46,558 nt of DNA, from NCBI GenBank assembly GCA_963785725.1, contig CAWAWS010000021.1, positions 1-46,558 on the forward strand. The letters run 5' to 3'. The position numbers and the translations under genes are program-made. How positions within the stretch are numbered: position 1 is the first letter of the stretch; every line of letters starts with the position of its first letter. This stretch comes from an uncultured delta proteobacterium (GTDB lineage: Bacteria > Myxococcota_A > Polyangia > Palsa-1104). This document shows, piece by piece, positions 9,901 to 17,788 of the stretch. The notes beneath the pieces are model-generated. The model had not been told where the DNA came from and made no database searches. It saw only the letters and a program-made list of their open reading frames with translations.

Positions 9901-11362
9901 GGCCGCGGTCTTCCTCGAGCCGGTGGCGCACGCGCTCGAGGCGCTGGTCGCGCGCTGGGCGCGCACGCACGGACCGTTCTCGGCCGACGGCGTCGCAGCG
10001 GCCAAGCGCTTCGGTCTCTTGCCCGCGCAAGTCCAGCCGGCGCTCAAGGCATTGGCCAGCGAAGGCAAGCTGCTCGAGGGCGAGTTCCGTCCCGGCGGCA
10101 GCGGCGTCGAATGGTGCGATCCCGACGTCTTGCGGCTCATTCGCCGCGACACGCTGGCGCGGCTGCGCAACGAGGTCGCACCGGTCGACGCCAGCGTCCT
10201 GGCGCGCTTTCTACCGAAGTGGCACGGCATCGGCTCGGCGCGCGGCGGCATTGGCCGTTTGCGCGAAGCGATCGATCAGCTCGAAGGGCTGGCGCTGCCG
10301 TTCTCCGAGCTGGAGCGCATGATCTTGCCGGCGCGCGTGTCCGACTTTCAGCCGCGCATGCTCGACGAGTTGGGCGCCGCGGGCGCGGTCGTGTGGGTGG
10401 GCGCGGGCGCGATCGGCAGCGACGACGGTCGCGTCGCGATCTATCGGCGCGAGCATCTGGCGTCGCTGTTCGAGCCGCGCGTCGATCTCACGCTGCCGGG
10501 CGAGCTGCATCGAGCGATCATGACGCACCTCGATCAGCGCGGCGCCTCGTTCGTCGCGCAGCTGCCGGGCGCGTCCGAGCGACCGGACGAGGTCGTGCGC
10601 GCGTTGTGGGATCTGGTCTGGCTCGGGCTCGTCACCAACGACACGTTTGCCCCGCTGCGCTCGCTCGGCAAAGGCGCACGCGCGCCCCGCAGTCGCTTCA
10701 CGCTGCCGGCCGGCGGGCGTTGGAGCACGCTCGCCTCCGTCGTCGGCACCGCGCCGGCCGAGACCGTGCGCGCCCACACGCGGGCGACCGTGCTGCTCGA
10801 ACGCTACGGTATCGTCAGCCGCGCGGCCGCGGCGACGGAGGAGATTCCCGGCGGCTTCGCGAGCGTCGCGCCCGTGCTGCGCGCGATGGAAGAGGCCGGC
10901 AAGATTCGGCGCGGCCACTTCGTCGACGGCTTGGAAGGCGCGCAGTTCGCACACGCGGCCGCGGTCGATCGGCTGCGGGCCGCGCGCGGCAACGAGCCCG
11001 AGCGCTACGTGGTGACGCTGTCGGCGATCGATCCCGCTAACCCGTATGGCGCGCTGTTGCCGTGGCCGGCCGAAGGTGCACGTCGGGCAGCGGGCGCGCG
11101 CGTCGTGCTCGTCGACGGGTTGCCGCTGTTCTTCGTCGAGCGCGGCGGCAAGAAGCTGCGCCTGCTCGCCGGCGTCGACGACGGCGCCATCGAGGCGGCG
11201 TTCGGTGAGCTGCGGCGAATCGCGGCCGCGCGCCGCCATCGTCAGCTGCGCATCGAAGAGGTCGACGGCGTTCCGGCGCTGCACTCTCCCCACGCGGCGC
11301 GGCTCGAGCGCGGCGGCTTTCGCGTCGAGCCCAACGCGCTCGTCCTGTCGGCGAACGACTGA
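6925..11362 (+). CDS. lhr: Long Lhr SF2 helicase with C-terminal winged-helix/glycosylase-like domain (about 1478 aa once one +1 frameshift at 7405-7406 is corrected)
   Basis: First frame: PTPVQ, APTGSGKT, YVSPLKAL, RTGDT, TTPESL. Second frame: VIVDEIH, GLSAT, HHGS, TSSLELGIDMG, QRVGRAGH, GTIPDRG, MPFWRGE, RRGHFVDGL, DPANPYG. Deleting one G joins the two as SQARAILTHVD. Confidence 0.93.
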
Positions 11363-12180
11363 TGCCCGAGGGCGATAGCGTTCATGCGCACGCCGCCGAG
11401 CTGTCGCCGCAGCTGATCGACAAGCCGCTCGTGTCGGTGCATTCGCGCGGCGTCGAGATGCGCGGGCTGCGCGGCTGCAAAGTCACCAAGCTCGAAGCGC
11501 TCGGCAAACACTTGGTGCTGACGTTCGACGAAGGGACGGCCGTGCGCGTGCACCTCGGCATCAACGGCGGCTGGCGGACGCGCGCGAGCGCCTCCCGAGC
11601 CACGCTCGGGCAAGCCGAGCTCGCGCTCGTGACGGCCGAGCGCGCCTTCGTCTGCAAGGCGCGCACGATCGAATGGACGCGCGCACGCTTCGCCGCCGGC
11701 ATGCGCGCGCTTAGGCAGCTCGGCCCCGACCTGCTCGGCGACGCGCCCAACCTCGACGCCGTCATGACGCGTGCACGCGAGCCGCGCTACGCCGCGCGCA
11801 CCATCGCCGAGCTGCTGCTGACGCAGGCGGTGGCGGCGGGCATCGGCAACGTCTACAAGTGCGAGCTGCTGTTCTTGCGCGGGCTCCATCCTTGGACGCG
11901 CGTCGATGCGGTCGACGACGTGACGCTACGCGGCCTCTACGACGACGCCGCGCGCTGGCTCCGCGCCAATGTCGGACGCCCGCGCACGATGACCGCCGAC
12001 CTGTCGCGCGGCGAGCGACCCGCGCGCGGTCGCGGCCGCTTGTGGGTCTACGACCGCTGGCGTCGCGCCTGTTATCGCTGCGGGACCGCCATCGAGCAGC
12101 GCCGGCAAGGTGCCGAGCTGCGCCCGACCTACTGGTGCCCGCGCTGTCAGCCGATCAGATCGGGCGCCGACGGCATCTGA
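11362..12180 (+). CDS. nei: Fpg/Nei family DNA glycosylase/AP lyase (Nei2-like)
   Basis: N-terminal MPEGD, GKHL, H2TH AGIGNVYKCE, zinc finger CYRC...CPRCQ. TGATG overlap with the lhr stop codon. Confidence 0.92.
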   Translation: MPEGDSVHAHAAELSPQLIDKPLVSVHSRGVEMRGLRGCKVTKLEALGKHLVLTFDEGTAVRVHLGINGGWRTRASASRATLGQAELALVTAERAFVCKARTIEWTRARFAAGMRALRQLGPDLLGDAPNLDAVMTRAREPRYAARTIAELLLTQAVAAGIGNVYKCELLFLRGLHPWTRVDAVDDVTLRGLYDDAARWLRANVGRPRTMTADLSRGERPARGRGRLWVYDRWRRACYRCGTAIEQRRQGAELRPTYWCPRCQPIRSGADGI

Positions 12181-12458
12181 TCGACCAGCCAGATCCGCTG
12201 CACGGCCACGAACGGAATCGGCTGATGCACGTGCGGCATCGGACCGCGCGGCGTCTCCACCACGCGCACGTCGTTCAGCTCGCGCGGGTCGATCTGCAGC
12301 ACGCGCAGCTCGGTCCCTTCCGCGAAGTAGAGCCGTGCCGAATCGGCGACATCGTCGCGAAAAGAACAATGCACGAAGCCCTCGCGCAGGAGCGAAGCCG
12401 GCTTATATGGATCGTCCATCCGATCCGACGCATCTAGGACGTGGTACAGCCAACGCAC
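12147..12458 (-). CDS. DUF952 domain protein
   Basis: LYHV, SLLREGFVHCS, VLQIDP, MPHVHQPI pattern. GTG start lies 6 nt after TATAAT on the minus strand. Overlaps the nei 3' end convergently by 34 bp. Confidence 0.8.
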   Translation of the reverse strand: MRWLYHVLDASDRMDDPYKPASLLREGFVHCSFRDDVADSARLYFAEGTELRVLQIDPRELNDVRVVETPRGPMPHVHQPIPFVAVQRIWLVDQMPSAPDLIG

Positions 12459-12480
12459 GGGTTCATTATAGGAGGCTCCG

Positions 12481-12903
12481 ATGGCCAAGGGCGAAGCAGA
12501 ATGGAAAGGCAGCATCAAAGAGGGCTCGGGCAAGGTGAAGCTGGGCTCGGGCGCCTTTGAAGGTCCTTACTCGTTCAAGTCGCGCTTCGAAGGCGGCGCC
12601 GGCACCAATCCCGAAGAGCTGTTGGGCGCGGCGCATGCCGGCTGCTTCACGATGGCGCTGTCGCTGGCGCTGACGATGGCCGGCCATCCGCCGGAGAGCA
12701 TTCACACGACCGCGCTCGTCAAGCTCGACAAGGACGAGAAGGGCCCGGTCATCTCCAAGATCGAGCTGAGCACCGAAGTCAAAGCGGCGGGCATCGACGA
12801 CGCCAAGCTGCAAGAGCTGGCCAAGGGCGCCAAGCAAGGCTGCCCGCTGTCGCGCGCGCTGGCTTCGGTTCCGACGATCACGCTGACCGCCAAGCTCCTC
12901 TGA
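12481..12903 (+). CDS. osmC: OsmC family peroxiredoxin
   Basis: [45 protein letters not shown]. Confidence 0.95.
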   Translation: MAKGEAEWKGSIKEGSGKVKLGSGAFEGPYSFKSRFEGGAGTNPEELLGAAHAGCFTMALSLALTMAGHPPESIHTTALVKLDKDEKGPVISKIELSTEVKAAGIDDAKLQELAKGAKQGCPLSRALASVPTITLTAKLL

Positions 12904-12947
12904 TTCGCCGTCTCACCGCGCAACACCCATAGTAACCTCCAGCCGGC

Positions 12948-15233
12948 ATGACCGATCCCGAAGCGCCTCGCTCCTCACCGCTGCGCACGTGGCTCGGCTA
13001 CGCCGCGATGCTGGCCGGTGGCGTGCTGCTCTATTGGCTCATCCGCGGTCACGGCATGTCGCTCTCGCCACCTTTGCCCGCGAGCGGACAGCCGCTGTTC
13101 GGCCCCGCGCAAGGAGCGGCGGGATCGGACGCGCTCATGCACGTCCTGTTGGCGCTCGTGACCGTCATCGTCGTCGCGCGCGGCGTCGGCTCGCTCTTCG
13201 CCTACTTCGCGCAGCCGCCGGTCGTCGGCGAGATCCTGGCCGGCATTCTGCTCGGCCCATCCCTGCTCGGCCACTTCGCGCCCAAGGTGCAGCACTTCAT
13301 CCTGCCGCCGGACGTCGCGCCCTTCTTGGGCGTGCTGTCGAACGTCGGCGTCATCCTCTACATGTTCCTCGTCGGCGTAGAGCTCGATCCGTCGCTGCTG
13401 CGCAAGCGTGGCCACGCGACCTTGGCGATCTCGCACGCGAGCATCGTGACGCCGTTCCTGCTCGGCGCCGGCCTGGCGCTCTTCATCTATCCGCGGCTGT
13501 CGACGCGCGACGTGCCCTTCACCGTGTTCTCGCTCTTCATGGGCGTCTCGATGTCGGTGACCGCGTTCCCGGTGCTGGCGCGCATCTTGACCGATCGGCG
13601 CATTCACAAGTCGTCGATGGGCGTCATCGCGCTGACCTGCGCCGCCATCGATGACGTGACCGCCTGGTGCCTCTTGGCGTTCGTCGTGTCCGTGGCGCAG
13701 GCGCGGACCTCGGGCGCGTACGTGACGGTCGCGAGCGCGATCGGCTACATCGCCGCCATCGTGCTCGTCGCGCGCCCGGCGATGGTGCGGCTGTCGCGCC
13801 TGTACGGCCTGCGCGGGCGCCTCACGCAAGGCGTGATGGCGCTCGTGTTCGTGGCGCTGCTCTTGTCTTCGCTGGCGACGGACGCCATCGGCATTCACGC
13901 CGTCTTCGGCGCCTTCGCCCTGGGCGCGGTCATTCCGCACGACTCCGGTCTCGCGCGCGAACTGACCGACCGGCTCGAAGATCTGGTGGTCGTGCTGCTC
14001 TTGCCGGCGTTCTTCGCGTTCACCGGCATGCGCACGCAGATCGGGCTCGTCACGACCGGCTCCGATTGGCTCATGTGCGGCGCTATCATCCTCGTCGCGT
14101 CGGTCGGCAAGTTCGGCGGCTCACTGGTCGCCGCGCGGCTCACCGGGATGGGCTGGCGCGACGCCTCGGCCTTGGGCGTGCTCATGAACACCCGCGGTCT
14201 CATGGAGCTGATCGTGCTCAACATCGGGCTCGAGCTGCGCGTCCTGTCGCCGACCTTGTTCGCGATGTTGGTGGTGATGGCGATCGTGACGACGTTCGCG
14301 ACCACGCCGATCCTGCACTTCATCACGCGCGGCTTCAAAATCTACCAGCAGCCGGCGACGACCAACGGGCCCGAGCGGCCGGCGACGACCAGCGGCGGGA
14401 TCTTGGTGCCGGTGTCGAATCCGGACGGGCTCGAGTCGCTGCTCAACCTGGCCACGGCCGCGACGCGCGCGACCGATCCGCCGCCGCGCGTGGTGGCGCT
14501 GGTGCGGCGACCGCCGGGCGGCATTCGTTCGGGACTGCGCGAGACCGATCGCAAGAACGCGCCGCGCTCGCCGGTGTTGGCGCAGGCGATCGAGCACGCG
14601 CGCGCCACCGGGCGAACCATCGATCCGCAAGCCGTGTGGACGGACGATCCGGCGCGCGACATCCTCGAGCGCTTGGCGCAGCCGTCGATCGGCTGGCTGT
14701 TGCTCGGCTACCATCGCCCGGTGTTCGGCGGCGATCTGCTGGGCGGCGTCGTCAAAGAGGTGCTGGACGGCTTGACCGGGCGGCCGGTCAATGTCGGCGT
14801 CGTCATCCACGGGCACGATCGGCCGCTCGAACGCGTCATCGCCGTCGTCGACGACTCGCCGGATGGTCGCGCCGGGCTCGAGCTGGCCGTGCGCATCGTG
14901 CAGGAGTCGAAGTCGACGCTGCACGCCGTGCTCGTGCCCAACGCGACCGACGCGCAGCCGGCGCCGGGGCTCGAAGAGCTGGTGCGCGAGATGTCGCGAA
15001 CGGCCGGTCGCTGGCTGCACACGGACGTGCTGACGCAACGAAACCCAGCGGCGCTCGCCTATCAGACCCACGGCGATCTGGTGGTGATCGGGATGACGCT
15101 CGCGGATGAGCTGGGGCTTCCGCTCGACGACGTGCCCGGCGCCGAACGCTGCGTCTTGCTCGTCCGCGGCGTGCGCCAGCCGCTCGCTCCGGCGGTCGCG
15201 CAAGCGGCGACGGGCTTGGGACAGCCGACATGA
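12948..15233 (+). CDS. CPA2 cation:proton antiporter with C-terminal USP-like domains
   Basis: QPPVVGEILAGILLGPSLLG, SVTAFPVLARIL, AAIDDVTAW, LMNTRGLMELIVLNIG; soluble tail ILVPVSNP ... VIAVVDDSPDG. Confidence 0.92.
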   Translation: MTDPEAPRSSPLRTWLGYAAMLAGGVLLYWLIRGHGMSLSPPLPASGQPLFGPAQGAAGSDALMHVLLALVTVIVVARGVGSLFAYFAQPPVVGEILAGILLGPSLLGHFAPKVQHFILPPDVAPFLGVLSNVGVILYMFLVGVELDPSLLRKRGHATLAISHASIVTPFLLGAGLALFIYPRLSTRDVPFTVFSLFMGVSMSVTAFPVLARILTDRRIHKSSMGVIALTCAAIDDVTAWCLLAFVVSVAQARTSGAYVTVASAIGYIAAIVLVARPAMVRLSRLYGLRGRLTQGVMALVFVALLLSSLATDAIGIHAVFGAFALGAVIPHDSGLARELTDRLEDLVVVLLLPAFFAFTGMRTQIGLVTTGSDWLMCGAIILVASVGKFGGSLVAARLTGMGWRDASALGVLMNTRGLMELIVLNIGLELRVLSPTLFAMLVVMAIVTTFATTPILHFITRGFKIYQQPATTNGPERPATTSGGILVPVSNPDGLESLLNLATAATRATDPPPRVVALVRRPPGGIRSGLRETDRKNAPRSPVLAQAIEHARATGRTIDPQAVWTDDPARDILERLAQPSIGWLLLGYHRPVFGGDLLGGVVKEVLDGLTGRPVNVGVVIHGHDRPLERVIAVVDDSPDGRAGLELAVRIVQESKSTLHAVLVPNATDAQPAPGLEELVREMSRTAGRWLHTDVLTQRNPAALAYQTHGDLVVIGMTLADELGLPLDDVPGAERCVLLVRGVRQPLAPAVAQAATGLGQPT

Positions 15234-16159
15234 AGCTGCTGGCGGCACTTCTCCTGACGAGCTGGGCGGCGACGGCGAACGCGAACGCGACCACGACCGC
15301 GCGCACGTTTCAGATCGCGCACGAATACAAGGTCGAGCGTGCGGCCACGTTGTGGCTGCCGCTGCCGGCGGACGACGAGTGGCAGACCGTGCAAGGGCTG
15401 ACGGTGAGCGGCGCGCCGTGGGAGCGCGTCTACGACGAGCGCTGGGGCAACGGCATGGCGCGCCTTCACGTCGCCGGCGCGACGACGATCTCGGTGCGCT
15501 ATCGCGTCACGCGACGCGAGCGAGCCGCCGATCTCGGTCACCCGAGCGCGCAAGCGGCGCCGTCCGGCTATGCCGCCTGGTTGACGGCCGACGCGCGCGT
15601 GCCGCTCGACGCCCGCGTGCGCACGTTGGCGGCGACGATTACCAAGGGCAAGACGACGCCGCTGGCGAAGGCGCGCGCCGCCTACGACTACGTGCTGTCG
15701 ACCATGCGCTACGACAAGCCGACCGGTCCCGGGCAAGGCTGGGGACAAGGCGACATCCTGTGGGCGTGCGACAAGCGCTACGGCAACTGCACCGATTTTC
15801 ACGCGCTGTTCATCGGACTGTTGCGCGCGTCGGGCATTCCGGCGCGCTTCTCGATCGGCTACGCCGTGCCGACCGGCGCGGCAGCCGATCTGCCCGGCTA
15901 TCATTGTTGGGCCGACTTCTATATCGAAGGCGCGGGCTGGATTCCGGTCGACGCGTCCGAGGCGTGGAAGCATCCCGAGCTGCGCGACTATTTCTTCGGC
16001 CATCACGACGCCAATCGGGTCCAGCTGTCGACGGGCCGCGACGTGCCGCTGCCGGGCGTGCACGCGGCGCCGCTGAACTACTTCGTCTACCCGTACGCCG
16101 AGGCGGACGGCGCGGCCATCGACGTCGCGCGAAAGACGACGTACACGCCGCTGCCGTAA
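15230..16159 (+). CDS. Exported transglutaminase-like domain protein
   Basis: Signal peptide; Cys-His-Asp triad GNCTDFH / GYHCWADF / WIPVDAS; GIPAR. ATGA overlap with the antiporter. Confidence 0.88.
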   Translation: MKLLAALLLTSWAATANANATTTARTFQIAHEYKVERAATLWLPLPADDEWQTVQGLTVSGAPWERVYDERWGNGMARLHVAGATTISVRYRVTRRERAADLGHPSAQAAPSGYAAWLTADARVPLDARVRTLAATITKGKTTPLAKARAAYDYVLSTMRYDKPTGPGQGWGQGDILWACDKRYGNCTDFHALFIGLLRASGIPARFSIGYAVPTGAAADLPGYHCWADFYIEGAGWIPVDASEAWKHPELRDYFFGHHDANRVQLSTGRDVPLPGVHAAPLNYFVYPYAEADGAAIDVARKTTYTPLP

Positions 16160-16292
16160 GCAGGTCGCGCGGCTGACGACGCACGACCGCTCGGTGGCGA
16201 CGCCGAGCAACGCGCTCGTGTTCGGCACGAACGCTCGCCTGCTCCGCCACATTCGACTTGGCGCCGGCCTCGGAATCGGTCAGGCTTGCCGG

Positions 16293-16646
16293 GTGAAGCA
16301 CGTCGTCGTCATAGAAGATCACGTCGATACCGCCGATCTCATGCAGGAGATCATCGGCGCGCTGGGCCACGACGTCACCACGGCCCACACCGGCCGCGAG
16401 GGCATCGCGGCGGCGGTTCGCGTCGGCGCCGATCTCGTGTTGTGTGATGTCGGCTTGCCGGACATCGACGGCTACGCGGTCGCGCGCGCCTTGCGCGCCG
16501 ATGCTTCGACGGCCCGCGCGCGGCTCATCGCGCTCACCGGCTACGACGGCGAAGAGGAGCGTCAGCGGGCGCGCGAGGCCGGCTTCGATCGCCACGTCGT
16601 CAAGCCCATCGACCCGCTCGCGCTCGAAGATCTGATCGGCAACTGA
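16293..16646 (+). CDS. Single-domain response regulator (CheY-like receiver)
   Basis: VVVIEDH, VLCDVGLPDIDG, IALTG, GFDRHVVKP. GTG start inferred from the domain boundary. Confidence 0.85.
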   Translation: MKHVVVIEDHVDTADLMQEIIGALGHDVTTAHTGREGIAAAVRVGADLVLCDVGLPDIDGYAVARALRADASTARARLIALTGYDGEEERQRAREAGFDRHVVKPIDPLALEDLIGN

Positions 16647-16701
16647 GCCGGCGCGCTCGCTGCGCGCGGCAGGCCCGGCGTCGCTGCCATCAGCCGGGCG
16701 C

Positions 16702-16727
16702 GCGATGGTTCAAGGTTGAACTATCGC
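16702..16727. terminator. Near-perfect 26-bp inverted repeat between convergent genes (terminator or operator)
   Basis: GCGATGGTTCAA-GG-TTGAACTATCGC, with one mismatch (a G-U pair in RNA). Confidence 0.4.
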
Positions 16728-16795
16728 CACAGCGCGCCTAAAGATTCGATAACCGCGCGCGACGCGAGCGCCGAACGCCGCGCCGCCGCGCGAGC

Positions 16796-17722
16796 TCAGC
16801 GCAGGATGTGCCCGAAGCGCGCGAGCCGCAGCCCTTCGGGCTCGCCGCGCGAATACCACACGAACATGGCCCGACCGCGCACCAGATTCAGCGGCACGAA
16901 GCCCCAATAGCGCGAGTCATTCGAGTTGTCGCGATTGTCGCCCATGACGTACAAGCTGTCGGGCGGCACCTTCACCGGCGCGAACGCGCGCAACATGACC
17001 TTCGAGTCCTGCAACGTCGTGAACTCGGCGTCGCCGATGCGCTGCGTCCACGCGTCGCCGTCGCGCTCGACCCAAGCCTCGTCCTCCTCGATGAAGTCCG
17101 AGTAGTGCAGCGTGCCTTGGTGCTCGCGCGGCGTGGCGATGCCGTTGACGTACACGACGTTGTCGCGCATCTCGATCGTGTCGCCGGCCACGCCGACGAC
17201 GCGCTTGATGAGGTCTTTGCTGGCGTCGCGCGGGTGCGTGAACACGATGATCTCGCCGCGCTGTGGCGTCCGGTAGTGCTCGCCGATCTTGAAGTCGGTG
17301 AACGGCACGGTGATGCCATAGACGAGCTTGTTGACGAAGATGTGATCGCCGACCTGCAGCGTCGGGATCATCGAGCCCGACGGGATTTGATAGGCCTGCA
17401 CGACCAGCGAGCGGAACAGCAGCGCCACGAACACGACGCCGCCCAGCGACTCGACGTATTGCCGCGCCGACGACTTGCGCGCGAACCGCAGCTCGCCCTC
17501 GAGCAGCTCGCCCAAGGGCTGCATCGCGTCCTGAATGTCGCCGCGCTCGCGCAGCGCCGTGGCCAGCGCGTCGATGCGCGCGCCGAGCAGCTGCGTTTGC
17601 GGCGGCGTCAGGCGGTGCGCGTAACGGCGGGCGACGCGGCGCGCCTCCTTCAACAACAGGTGAGCCTCGTCGCGGAGGTGGCGGCGCTGTCGCCAGGCAC
17701 GCAAGCTGTTCAACCGGTCCAT
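16796..17722 (-). CDS. lepB: Signal peptidase I with N-terminal helical extension
   Basis: IPSGSMIPTL (catalytic Ser), GDHIFVNK, DLIKRVVG (catalytic Lys), MGDNRDNSNDSRYWGFVP. Confidence 0.95.
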   Translation of the reverse strand: MDRLNSLRAWRQRRHLRDEAHLLLKEARRVARRYAHRLTPPQTQLLGARIDALATALRERGDIQDAMQPLGELLEGELRFARKSSARQYVESLGGVVFVALLFRSLVVQAYQIPSGSMIPTLQVGDHIFVNKLVYGITVPFTDFKIGEHYRTPQRGEIIVFTHPRDASKDLIKRVVGVAGDTIEMRDNVVYVNGIATPREHQGTLHYSDFIEEDEAWVERDGDAWTQRIGDAEFTTLQDSKVMLRAFAPVKVPPDSLYVMGDNRDNSNDSRYWGFVPLNLVRGRAMFVWYSRGEPEGLRLARFGHILR

Positions 17723-17788
17723 GGCGTCGCAACGAATTGCAGCACGGGGATATTCCAAAGTCCGCGATGGGCGCTACAGTCTATCGTA

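Noticed and set aside
16808..17788. 327-aa N-terminal extension of LigD in the ORF track
   Set aside because: It is the antisense frame of lepB. LigD homology begins at ATG 17789, which has a -10 box.
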